From positions 32,001 to 96,000 of IMG/VR virus record IMGVR_UViG_3300026522_000023: 64,000 bases of DNA, one strand, 5' to 3'. The notes below the pieces were generated by a model. The model had not been told where the DNA came from. It made no database searches and was given only the letters and a program-made list of their open reading frames with translations. The DNA is from a virus (Duplodnaviria > Caudoviricetes). Shown here one piece after another: positions 23,613 to 36,748 of the stretch (positions within the stretch are counted from its first letter, which is position 1; the number at the start of each line of letters is the position of its first letter). Both the position numbers and the translations under genes were made by a program.

Positions 23613-25685
23613 TTAACTAGTTGGTGTAGAATTATCTTCTAATATTTTAATTCTTTCTGCTAATGTATCAATATATGCACATAATTGTTGAATAGTTTTA
23701 CTGTCGTTATTTACAGTAAATTTATCAGTTGTCTAAATATATGTATTTGGAATTGAATCTAATTTCGCATTCCAAGCAAGTCTTTCATCTGAAGTAATAT
23801 GAGTATCACTTTTAATATGAGTATCTAATTTAGTTTCTAAAGGAGATAATTTATTAGTAACTTCTGTATCCCAATCACTAATTTTAACATGAGTTAATGA
23901 TGGAATATCATCTACTTTTAATGATGTTCTTGTTACTTTAATCTTACCTTTTTCTTCTGATACAGCAGTAACAAATTCTTTACTTATTGCCTAATCTTCA
24001 ACTTTTAATGTATCAATCTTATCATTTATATAATTTTCTGCCGCACTTAAATTCGAAGCTAATTTAGTTGAAATTGCGTTAATACTATCTTTTAAGGTAG
24101 AAGTACTATTAAGCCCCAAATCAGCATTTGTATAATCTTTAACACCAATTTGTAAATTACCTAAATAATCTTTTATTTCAACGAATTTTCCATTTTCTGG
24201 AGTAAAAGTTAAGCTTGTAATTACATTACCAGTATCATCTGATTGGTAAGAACCTTTTGGGATAGTAATATTTCTAGTCTCGCTCTAAGATACTACATGT
24301 CCACAATCATCTACAGTAAAACTTGGAATTTCTATTGTTTCACCAAACTTAGGAGTCTAATTCACTATTGGCGCTATTGTTGTTTTACCTGCCTCAGAAA
24401 GTTTATGAGACAATTTAAATTCTGTTACTTTTTTAGTATCATTATTAATAGCCTAATATTTAATCCAATTATCACCTGAAATTCCAGCAGACTTAATAAT
24501 CTTATCTCCAGTATCCTTATCTACTTCTGGAGAAGCATATAATAATTTACTAGCTTCTAAATTAACATTATTAAGCTTTTTATTTAATCTATTTAAAGCG
24601 CCAGAAACATTATTAGGATTATAATTTGATTTTCTTTCTTCACCATAAAGTAAGTCATAAACGCGACAAGCAGCATTTCCAAGACCAGGTAATTTAATTA
24701 CAAGATTTTTAATATCATTAGTTTTATATTCACCTGTTATACCGTCCTATTCAACATCATAATAATAAGGATAATTAGTAGTACCTAAAGTATAAGTAAT
24801 ACTATTTTCTTCATTACTAAAATGATGAATTTTTTCATCAAATCCAGCAGCATTAAAATCAATATTCTAAGGATCTAAATTTAATAAAAAATTAGTAGGC
24901 ACTTGAATACGATAATTAATATTTGTACTATTAATTTCATCAATAGAAACATATGGAGGCCAATAAGGAGTTCCATCAGGATTAGTATAAACAGAATAAT
25001 ATTTTCTATCGGCCACAAAAGGTCCAGTGTCTTGTACATAAGATGTTCCATTAAAATAATAATACTTATTAGGCTAATAAGTATCTTCGTTTAAATCTAT
25101 TAGGGTGTAAATATCTTGTGGTGCTTGAGGTAAAATTTCAAATACTGGAACTATAGTATTTAATTCAGCAATCTATACATATTTTTCTTCATTATTAATG
25201 AATTGTTTAATCCAAACTGTTGAATCATATCCACGTCCATATTTTTGGTAATCAATATCATAATTTAATTTATAGGCTTCATCATCTGGGGTATTTTCTA
25301 TTACACTATATCCAGATAATTTTTTCCATATTTGATTACGTGAACTATTTTCTAATACGCCTTGATAATAATCATATCGAGAACCAGAACTAAAATTTAC
25401 TCTTGCTTTTACTATTTTACGCTCAACCCAAGGAACAATATATATACTATCTCTTTTAGTAGGATCACTATAAAAAGTATTAATACGAGTAGTTAAAGGA
25501 CCATCAGTATAAACTTCTTGAATATCATTTAAAACAGTAGCACCATATTCAACTAATACATAACGTCCTAAAAATACACCATCACCAAGGGCACAATCAG
25601 CATCCATATCACGTCTATTTGCATAAATTTTATCAAAGGAGAATGTAGTCTTTGATGTATTTGTTATATTACCATAAAAACCCAT
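23613..25685 (-). CDS. Tail fibre/baseplate protein (690 aa)
   Basis: MGFYGNITNTSKTTFSFDKIY... open to TAA 23613 with TAG=Gln; HITSDERLAWN fibre motif. Confidence 0.7.
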
Positions 25686-25686
25686 A

Positions 25687-26034
25687 TTATCCCTCCTCGT
25701 ATAAAATATCCACAATTAAATAAGCATTGGTATTTTGATTAATTAAATTCATGGAAGCTTTATCAAATTTAATAGAAGTTATATAAGAAATTCCTTCTAA
25801 ATCTAATTCATAAATACCAGTACTTCCAACCATAACACTATTATCACTTTCATTTAAATAAAACTTAACTCCAGGTACTGTCTAAATACCTAACTAAGTA
25901 ATTAATACATTATTACCATTAATTTTAAATGCGGAACCATTAATTAATTTAGTCATACCTAAAGAAGTTCCACCGGGATAATTTTTTACATTATTTTCAT
26001 TGTAATAACGAATCTATTTAATTCGCTTTGCCAT
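25687..26034 (-). CDS. Small baseplate/tail protein (115 aa)
   Basis: AAGGAGG RBS; LGI(Q)TVPGVKFYLN...VGSTGIYEL. Confidence 0.75.
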
Positions 26035-26047
26035 TTAGTGTTCCTCC

Positions 26048-28363
26048 TTAATATACTTTTGATATAGCTTTGGTGGCACTAATAGACATTGTTCCATTAT
26101 AACTTAATGGAATAGTTAATTTATTAACTAAATATTCTCCTTCTACGCCACTTTTTTTATCTTCAATATAAATTCTAGTATTTGGTTCTAAATAATAAAC
26201 TGGTAAAGTAGTTATTGTACTACTTTCAGTACAATAAGCAGTTGTCTATAATAAATCTTCCATTTCATCAATGGCACTTTTACCCATAGAACTAATACTA
26301 AAATAATTATCATAATTTTTAGAGACATTTACCCAAACATATCCAGTTTCTTGAGGATAATTATTTTCAACAATTCGATCATAATCTCCTTGATTTAAAA
26401 ATAACACTTCAGGTACATCTCTATAACTTATAACTTTTATATTAGTATCATTAACTGCTTTTGTTCTATCACCAATTAACTTTATTGAATACTTGCTAAT
26501 ATCACTATTTTCTTCTCCAATAAAATCAAACCAAAAATCTAAATTTTCTGGATATTGCTTAACATTATCATAGAATGTACGATGTTCAAAATCATAAATC
26601 TAACGCCAAAATGAAAAAATATCAGCATAATATGTTTCATATCCAGTTACTCCAGAAGGATAGAGAGTAGGGTTAGCGGCTGCTACTTTATGGAGAAAAT
26701 CATCACCATAATTATATTGATAATAATCAACAGCCATACGATATATAATTTCGCGCCAATCACAATAAATTATACCTGCCGGGTCTCCATCTTCAGGATA
26801 AGCTTTAAATGTTTGCTATTTTAGCTATAAATTCATTGTTTGAAATATTTCATTATTATAAGTTAAAGTTTTATATCTATTAATATCATCTTGAGTAACT
26901 ATAATAGTTGTATATTGAACAGGCTTTGTATCAATAGCATAACGCATATGAATTGGAAGCTCTTCTCCGCTCGCGGATTTGCGCTATCCCCAAATTGAAA
27001 AATCATTTCTTAATATATTAATCTAAGGATTATTAGCGAACTAAGTTACTATCTAACTATCCTTAAATGAATAAGTATAAGAAGAAGAATAAACTGCCGG
27101 TTTAATATAACTCTCTCCCTCTGATTTTTTAACTATGTTATTCCATGATTTAAAATCATAAAATTTTTTGCGCTAAAAAATAAACCTACCATCAATATCA
27201 TAAAAATATTCAAAACAACTTAACATATTTTTAATTTTGTCTAAGACTGATGTTAAAGTATCACCAACATTAGTTATTAAATCTCCAGCATATACTAAAT
27301 CACAAATTCGATAACCGACTGGTTCTCCATACGATTTTTTAGCAATAGTATAAACTGTGGGATTAGGCGTATCTAAAGATAAAATAATTCTAGTTGGCTA
27401 ATTTTCTTCTCCTAATAACTTATAAGAATCTAGCTAATCAAATATAATCTATTCAAGAGGAATTGGTCCATGACTTATTTCTTCATATAAATTAGGAAGA
27501 TTATCTCCAATTACTACATTCACTACACGACCTGTCTCAGTATCTCTAAAGAAATACATATCAGCATCACATTTATTTTGTAATAATTCATAACCATATT
27601 CATCTAAATCATTAATAACAATATTAGATTCTAATTCTTTACCATAAACCATCAAGGCTTTTTTAATAATAGTCTTAATAGGTACTTTAACTAAATCTAA
27701 AATACGTTCACGATAATAATAAGTTCTATTTTCTGTTTTAATTTCATTTTCGTCTAAAACATAATATATTTTCTCATTGCCATTAGTAGCAATATAATAA
27801 TTATTATACTTTTTTGCTTCTTCTTCACTATTCACTCTAAAACAGTAATGTCCAGCATCATAGTTAAAATCATTATCTTGAACAATATAATTATATTTAA
27901 TAACTTCTTCCTAACCAAAGTCAATAGAAGCAGGTAAACTTCCTCCAAGGTCACCATTTAATAAACACATTTTATCTTTACCTTGAATAGAAATTGTATA
28001 ATTACTAGCGCTTTGAGAAGTATTAAAAGAAGTTATTAAATAAATACCTTCATTAAACCAAATAATATCAGGATAATTTGAATCAATAGTATTTTTTAAA
28101 CCAACAGCAAGATTAAATTTAGATTTTAGTCCCCACATATATTGCTTATATAACTAATCATTCGTTACCATAGTTAAAGAACAAGATCTGCGGACAGCAG
28201 ATGACCCATCAATATTAATAGATCCAGTCGTTATCTTGCCTTCAATCGTTTCTATTGGTAATTCATCAAAAGTCATTAACTCAATACGTGCATAAACTTC
28301 ACGCTCATGGAGACTATCTAATTTTCTTAAAAATTCTTTATCAAGATTCTATTGATGTCTCAT
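26048..28363 (-). CDS. Tail tip/baseplate hub-like protein (771 aa)
   Basis: Joins ORFs 27911-28138 and 27449-27835; GSINIDGSSAVRRSCSL, EYFYDIDG, PVYYLEPNTRI. Confidence 0.65.
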
Positions 28364-31220
28364 AATTATTTATAGCCTCTTTCAAATATTTAATAAATAA
28401 ATTATATTTATTATTTACATCAGCTTGCTTAGTTTTTATCATATCATTATAAGTTCTTAACTATGATTCATACAGAGAAGCATTGATTGAATTTGGAGTA
28501 AATGGTAACATATAGACTCCATCATCTGAATTATCATCTTCTCCGCGCTTTAGTCCCTGATATACCTATAAATCATTATAAGCTTTTTGCCATTCAGCTT
28601 TTAACTAATAAATAGTCTTTTCAACATAAGTGTTTCCAGTAAAAACTTTATATTTAGTACTATTATCGTTTTCAAAAGAAAATACTTTCTCTTGACGTTG
28701 AATAGATAATTCACATAAAATCCCAGGATCAATTTCTACTGAAGTAATATCACTTAAATCAGTAACGAAATATTCATTTTTATGAGTAATATCAATTAAT
28801 TCTTTATCATTATTATTAAAACGAATTTTATAATCCCATTCATCTTCTGTAACTAATCGGCCATTATAAGTGATTGGCTTCTAAGTATTACCATCATAAA
28901 AATAAGGCACAGAATCAGTAGGAGGATTATTCATTTCTGTTGATAAATTATAAACCTTATAAATTAAAGATCTATCAAAAGAAGTTAATAAATCATTTGA
29001 TTTTTGTTCACGAGCGCCACCAGGAGATAAATAGAATTTCTTTCCATCTAAAGTATAAATAGTCTATAATTCTCGTTTGGTAAAATGCATAAAATAAATC
29101 TTTAATACAGTATATTTTAAGTCATCCTAATACTAATCTAAAATATTGCCGCCATCCACACTATAGCATTGCTCTAATGGTAAATCAGCGATTTTAACAT
29201 CTTCTATAATATCAAATTTGCTTTCTTGAGTTCCCATAAATGAATACTCAATAGTTCCTTGCTAAATACCCTAATCAGAAATGTTTACAATTTCTAATGT
29301 ATACACTGGCATTGAATGGTCAATTAAATAAGCACCAGTAACACCAATAACTACTTCTTCATTATTAATTTTAAATTTGTCTCCTGCGCTAAATCCTTGT
29401 AAGCGCAATGTTATCGCAGGCCCATTAAAGATTAAATTTTCTGTATATAATCTTTTATGAGTGGGATTTAATGAATCATTTTCTACTTTACAAAATGGAT
29501 AAGTAGCTAGTAATGATTCAATATTAACCTCTAATTCTCTTTTAGTTTGATTTAACTTATTAATAGATTCAATATTTGTTTCCGTTGTTAATCTATCAAT
29601 ACAATCATTATAACTTTTAAGGCAACTATTTAATTTATAAATCCCATAAAGAGATAAACTATTCCATTTAAGAATTTCACTATTAGGTTCATCAGCATCA
29701 ACAAATCCATAAGAATTAAGATTATCAAAAGTAACCTTATCAATCTCATAAGCTGTTCCTTTAAATGAATGTAACATACGTCCTAATGTATCTTGCGGAG
29801 TTAATGTAACATTTAAAAGTCTAACAATAAAATTACCTTCTGCCGGAGATTTAAATAATTTAGGCTTTCCGTTAGTTAAAAATTCTAAAACTTTAGTTTT
29901 AAATTGACGCTCTATATTATAATTATAATCTGTTAAATCAGTGCTAGTAAAATCCTTTATTTCATCATTTCCTAATTTATTTATAAATAAATGACTTTCA
30001 TCTTGTAAATAAGAAATTAGCCCACCAATAGGAAATTCATGATAATAAGTATTTCCATTACGGAAAATATAAGGATATTGACTTCCTATAGTATCCATTT
30101 TAGTTTCTAAAGTATTAATTTTAAAACTTTCTACTTTAGGATTAAATCTAATTTTTAACAATCTACCATTTTCATATAAAAAGCTATCTTCAAATATACT
30201 ATAAATTATATTAGATAAAATTTTATTTGAACGCAAAGAAGTTGCATCACTATACTATTGAATAGCATACTGATAAGAAAATCCATGCTCAACAGTAAAG
30301 TCTTTATATAATACACGACTAGGCGCTTCACCAGTTAATTTAAATTTAAGAATAGGATTCCAAGAACTATAGTTATCTTCACTACTAGCTCTTAAAAGAA
30401 TAAAAGCTCCAGTAGCAGGAATCTCTGATTTAGTAGCAGCATCTTTAATACCTTTTAAATTAATTTGCGCAAATCCATTATTTTCATCCATAACTGCTTG
30501 TAAAGTAGCACGAATTTCAGGGTCAATCGTTTCTCTATTAATAATACGATATTCAGGACTGGCGGCTTCATAATTATTAATTGTAGTAACTTTATACTAA
30601 ATATAATAATTCTTACCTTTAATTAATTCTTTATTTAACTCAAAACTATCATATGACTCATATAACTGTTCATCGTTGATAGTGTTATGTAGCTATTCTC
30701 CAGAAGTAGCAAATATATTGTGGTATTCATCATATACAATAAATTGATAAGAATAAACTCTTTCAGTTACATCACCATTATATTGACTATAATGACCAAT
30801 AAAATTAGTTTTATTAATACCAATACCACCTGGCTCCAATCCTTCAATTTCTACTTTTGGATCTGTAGTATATTTAGTAATACCAACTGTAGAATAATAT
30901 CCTATAACTTTATTATTATCAATATAAGCTAATTGAACCTTATAAGACTACCCTAAATTTAATTGAAAAGCATTGCCATTAATTTGCTTAAACTTTAATT
31001 GGAAAGTAATTGAGCCACTATTAATAGCATCTTGCGCTTGAGATGAAATAATCTAACCTTGCGCAATTACTACATTACTTTGTATAGTTTTAAATATATA
31101 AGCGAATCCACTAACTTCTGCCGCACTTACAGTTTGATTCATCTGGAACGGAATAGTTAATTCCGTTCCAGTAAATGCAGGTAGCGTTCCACTTATATAA
31201 GGCGGATATAATTTATTCAT
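28341..31220 (-). CDS. Tail tip/distal-tail-like protein (959 aa)
   Basis: MNKLYPPYISGTLPAF; joins ORFs 30255-30491 and 29271-30236; ends TGA 28341. Confidence 0.65.
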
Positions 31221-31223
31221 AAA

Positions 31224-31385
31224 TTATTCCTCCTCTTGTTTTTGTTGTGTATTATTCTAACGATAAATGAATTCTTTTAAACTTTTAATGCATTCTCCCA
31301 TTAAAATAGTATCTTCACCTTTCGTAGAAATACAAATTAATGTGTTATATAAAGCATTTAAATAATTTAAATCCTCTTTATTCAT
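31224..31385 (-). CDS. Small hypothetical protein (53 aa)
   Basis: TAATG coupling with the upstream gene; STKGEDT motif. Confidence 0.6.
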
Positions 31386-34300
31386 TAGTTTTTTTCCTCC
31401 TTTAACTCTTTCACTTGAAGCTTTAATTCTTCAATCTCTTTCATTAAATCTTGTGTGACTGCAATATTTAATGTAAATAAACTATTATAATTTAATGATA
31501 ATAATTGTTTTTCATCTTTTTTTATTAAACTATTATCATTTAAATTATTTTCCTGTAAAATATTCTCAATATCCTAAGCAATAAAACCTAAATAAGTTCT
31601 ATCAGATAATTTATATTTATAACTAACAGGTTTTAATTCACTAAATAATTTTTTATAATCATTAATATGATTATAACTAATATTAGTTTTTAATCGTTTA
31701 TCAGATTTTACACTAATTTCTTCGCTAGAGAAACACCCTGAACCTGTTACATAAATCTAATTACCATAATAATAAATAGAAGCACCACTATTAGAAGCAG
31801 CAACATATCCTCCATTAGCAGCATACATCTAAATACCTCTTGTACTTCCTGCTCCGCTACTACCTACATAAGAATACTCAATTCCACCATAGCCGCTACG
31901 ATAAGAATCTAATTTTGAAGCTAAACCATTAATTGCACTCTATGCCTAAGAAGCAGCACTCTATGCCTATTGAGCTGCACTAGCAGCAGCATTAGCAGCC
32001 TCTTTAGCATCTTCAGCTGTCGTCTATAAATATGTTAAAATTGAATTTAATGAAGTAGTATCATTATTATCAAACCAACTTAAACGCCCATTTTTATATT
32101 TAATATAAATATCTCCATTGAATGTTCCTGTATTAGCCCACACATACCCATTATTTAAATCAATCTTCATACCAATTTTACCATTATCAGCATAATTTTT
32201 TGATTGTAAATAATAACTATTATTACCAACATTCATTAAAGTATCATATCCAACTGGATCTCGAATAGTCAAATAATTTGTGCTATTAGCACCGCTATTA
32301 ATTGTAAAAACTGAACTGCCTTTTATTTTACAATCTAATAAATTACTCTCTAAATTAAGTAACATACCATTACCATTAGTAATATCATAAGTAGCAGATT
32401 TTAAAAGACATTGATTACCATCTAATATAATACGACCTTTACCATCTTTGCCAAAAAATGCCGTACCATCTTCTCTTAAAGCGAATGACTATTCTCCTTG
32501 ATGGAATCCATATATGCCACACTAACCACTAATACTATTATCTGATATTGATTCACCATTAGGGCTCCAATCGCCCATCAATACACCAGAAAAAGTATTA
32601 TCATCATTTTTCTTACCGGCAGCAATCTAACTAGCTAAAATGCTTCCGCTTGCTTCATTTAATACTAAAGACTTACCATCCCATTTATTTATCATAGATG
32701 AAGGATACTTATTCTATAATATTAAAATAGGCTAAGTCCATAAAATATTTCCCTAAGCATTTTTACACTGTACCGCATACTAAGGAGCACTATTTACATA
32801 TATTGCTAAAGGATATAAATATGATTTATTATTAATTACTTTAATAATTCCATAAAAATCAGATTCAGCAGTAGAAGTTCTTCTATAATAAGTTCTAGAA
32901 TCAGAACTGCTATATACTTTTTCATAATAATTAATTGTTCTATAAGTAGTAGAAATTAAATTATTATTACTATCCTTTATATAATAACTTTCTCCATCTA
33001 TCGGATTCCCTACAATATCAGTCCCTAAAGTTTTTTTATAATAATTTAATTTATTAAATATAGAATATACATAATTATTATTATTTCCAGTCCTAATATA
33101 ACAATTACTGTAATCAATAATATCACCATTAGGAATTACTTTATAACTATCTTTACTTGAATCTAATGAATATAGTGATGGTCCAGTATATATAAATTTA
33201 TACATAATATTATTTTGTTTAAAATAATAGGTAGATAACCGTACTAAATCATTAAAAGTACAAGTAGTAGTTGCACCATCAGAACTTTCATCTATTTCAG
33301 AAGCATAGTATTCTTTAAAATCATAAGAAATTATTGTATTATTTTTAAAAATATAATAGGTGGTATTATATTTCCATGAATTTTTATTAACAGACTAATA
33401 TTTTGTAAAATATAATTCTTCAAAATCAAAAGGATAAATTGCACTATACTAAAACTAAGAATCGCTAGCTAAAAATCTATATTCTTTTCCAGATTCTAAA
33501 TCACTTATAGAAGTAATTTTTCCTCCGTTAGTGCCATAAAGATTATTTATTAATTTATTATAACTAATAATAGAAGTCTAATTATAAGGTCCGCTACTAT
33601 TAGCACGCTTAGTATTTTTTATAATATATCTTTTATTAGGAATTTTCTAAATATCAATAATAGATAAATCACTTATTTTAGAATTTTTATCATAACTAAT
33701 ATCTTTATAAATTCCCTAAAGAGTGCTATAATCTTCATTGGAAACATCATAATAAGCATAATATGGAAATTTATCAATTAAATTATTAATAGAAACAATT
33801 ACTTTATTAGTTGCTAAATTATAAAATGTTTGAGCATCATAATAAGTAGAAATATAATTGCCTGTAGCTTCATCCTTCTAAAAATATAATGTTCTATCTA
33901 TTAAATTATTAGGAGAAACTAAAGTATATTTTATATCCTAACTACTTTGATAAAAAACAGTACTATCTATTGGCAAATAAAAATTCAACTAATCAATATC
34001 ATTTGAACTAGCACTTACGTATAAATATTTACCATTATCATCGCGTATATATCCGCTCGATACTTTTTTATATAAATCCTAATATTTAAAAAGATAAGAA
34101 ATTGAACCATTTGAATTATAATAAGTTTCATTATTAATTAAATCCCAATAGCTATTAACTAAAGTATATTTATCTTTGCTAGGATTTAATCTATAATAAG
34201 TCTAAGAAATTCCACTATATACAACTTCTGTTACTCTATCTTCAAGATAATATTTTTTTCCTATGGTCGGACTAGAAACTAATCTAAAAGTCATATTAGA

Positions 34301-36631
34301 AGATAAAGTAGTTGGAATATAAATATCTTCTCCATTACTATTTTGTTCTTTATAATAATAAGTTTTATATTTTAATTCTTCAGATGTTGGATTACATACC
34401 GTATATTGATAACCATTAGAAGCTGGATAAATATCCCAATAAATATCTTGAATCTAAGTTAATTGTTTATCATTACCATATAATTGATAAGGTTCTTTAG
34501 AAAAAACAGCTTCACCATCACTTAAATAAATTACCTAAGTGGGTCCATTAATATAGCTTCCTTGCCCAGAAGTAATTGGAATAGGATAATAAGCAGTTAA
34601 TAAATAATTACCCCAATTCTATAATGTTACTGATAAAATATACATTTTATTCATTAATGAATTTTTATTTAATACTGCGAATGTGATTTCATTAGATTTA
34701 CCAGCTATAGTCTTTAAATTTACATTAGGATCATCTACATTTAAAGACCATATACAATTATAACCACTTAAATCTATTTCTTTACCAGTATTATCATATA
34801 AAGAAGCTCTAAATTTATAATCTTTAATTTCTCCAGAAGTAATAGCAACAATTGGGTTACCAACTTGATCATCAACTAAATCAATAACTAAAGTACAATC
34901 AGTACCATTCGTGCCGGCTTGTCCAAATGTGAATTCTTTCTTAGCTGTGTATTCAACATTATCGCGCTTAATTTTCGCAATAACTGTATTATTTGATTTA
35001 TTCGCACTATAAAAATTATTTACTTTATATTTAACTATAAAATCTTTATCATTAGGATTATTAGATTTTATCTAATAATAATTATTATCATAATCTGTTA
35101 AAATCTATCCTTCTAAAGCAAAAGACATCATACTATTTTTTGGCAACAACCATAATACTTCTTGTGCTTCAGTTAATTGGCTTTCATTTTCACTATTATT
35201 TTCCGTCCCATAAGTTTTAGAATTAAAATATAACTGCATAGAACGAACAATTTTATTATCGACAGTATTTAATAAATAATTTGCCTAATCATAAATTAAA
35301 TAATTACCATTAGTCCCATCAATACAATGAATAGATAAAGCATTTAAAACATCAACTGTCGCATCATTAGGCACTAGCATATCATTATTGAAAGTAATTA
35401 TATTACTATAATAATATTTATTATTGTATCTAATAATAACCTTATATCGCTCATCTTGCTTTTCCGTCCGAGGAGTAAATTCATAATTAAACTAATTAGT
35501 ATTATCTACGAATGTCCAATAAACACCACAGCGTTCATCCGCAGATGGCGCTCCAAAATCATATCTATACCATAGAATTTCTGCGCCCGCAGGCAATCTA
35601 CTAATTTGAGATTTATTATTATCATCATCAAAATGAATCCATTTTAAATGAATAGATTTTTTACTAACCTATCCATTAATAACTTTATAATTTAATCCAT
35701 CATTGGTATAAAGTCTTAAAAATTCTCCATTTATTTCATCTAAACCAATACCAAGACTAAAATAAATATTTTTTACAAATATATTATTTGGCAAAATAGA
35801 GGTAATACCAGTAGTTCCCTCTGTTAATTGAGTAGGTATTTTCTTATTATCTTTATCATAAAAATTATCATCCTAATATAAAAATACCTAAACTTTATCT
35901 ATGCGCGCAAGAGCGCTAATATCAATAACTATTTCCTAAGAATAATATCCTTCAAAATTATATGGATTACCATACATATCCGAAGTATCTAATCTTACTT
36001 TATAAGTACTAGTAGTAGAATTAAATTTTTCCGCAGTAGTTTCTTTTACCCCAGTAATAGCAATTTCTAAACCATAGTTGCCTTGAACAGTACCTAACTC
36101 TTGAAGCCATGCTCTAAAATCTGCGCGCAATCCTAACCGTGTAAAACCTTGACAACTAGATGAAATTTTTATTCCATTATTATTCGAATCCTCTTCGTCT
36201 ATTGGAGTAATTTCAATAAATCTTTCATCACCATTAGCCAAGATACTCCATAAAGATTTATTATTCTAACCGCCAACAAACATATTACCAGTTAAATCAA
36301 CAAAAGTATTAAAAGGATTTACATAATTATATGGCTTATCCTAGCCTTTATCTTCTTTTTTACCAACTATAAATTTAGTATTATTAAAATCACCTTTAGG
36401 GATTTGAACATATACTCTATTATTTTTATTATAAGTAGTAATTTGGGAGAAAGCATCAAATTCAGAATATGATTCATTCTTTACTCTATATTGCCCTTTT
36501 AATTTATTACTATCATCAATAATCGTACATTCAATAGTATTATCATAAGTAATCTTATCGACTGCCGATTTGGCAATAATAGATATAGCTTCGCATATAT
36601 TTTCCTGAATATTTGTAGCATTATCAGCCAA
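31385..36631 (-). CDS. Large tail spike/fibre (1748 aa) with C-terminal peptidase S74 intramolecular chaperone
   Basis: One frame from TTG 36631. C-terminus SDKRLKTNI...LKPVSYKY...GFIA(Q)DIE...LNY followed by a coiled coil. Confidence 0.75.
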
Positions 36632-36655
36632 AATAATCCCTCCTTTTACTCATTA

Positions 36656-36704
36656 TTCTATAAATTAGTGAAAAATTGTCCTACTTTATTAAATATATCT
36701 ACCC
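36656..36704 (-). promoter_or_regulatory. Candidate late-promoter motif copy
   Basis: GGGTAGATATATTTAAT...TTTTCACTAATTTATAG. Confidence 0.5.
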
Positions 36705-36748
36705 AAAAAGAAAAAGGTGAGATCCATTAAGAATCTCACCTTCATTTT
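36705..36748 (-). terminator. Terminator after the tape measure gene
   Basis: AAGGTGAGAT...ATCTCACCTT inverted repeat with T run. Confidence 0.7.
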
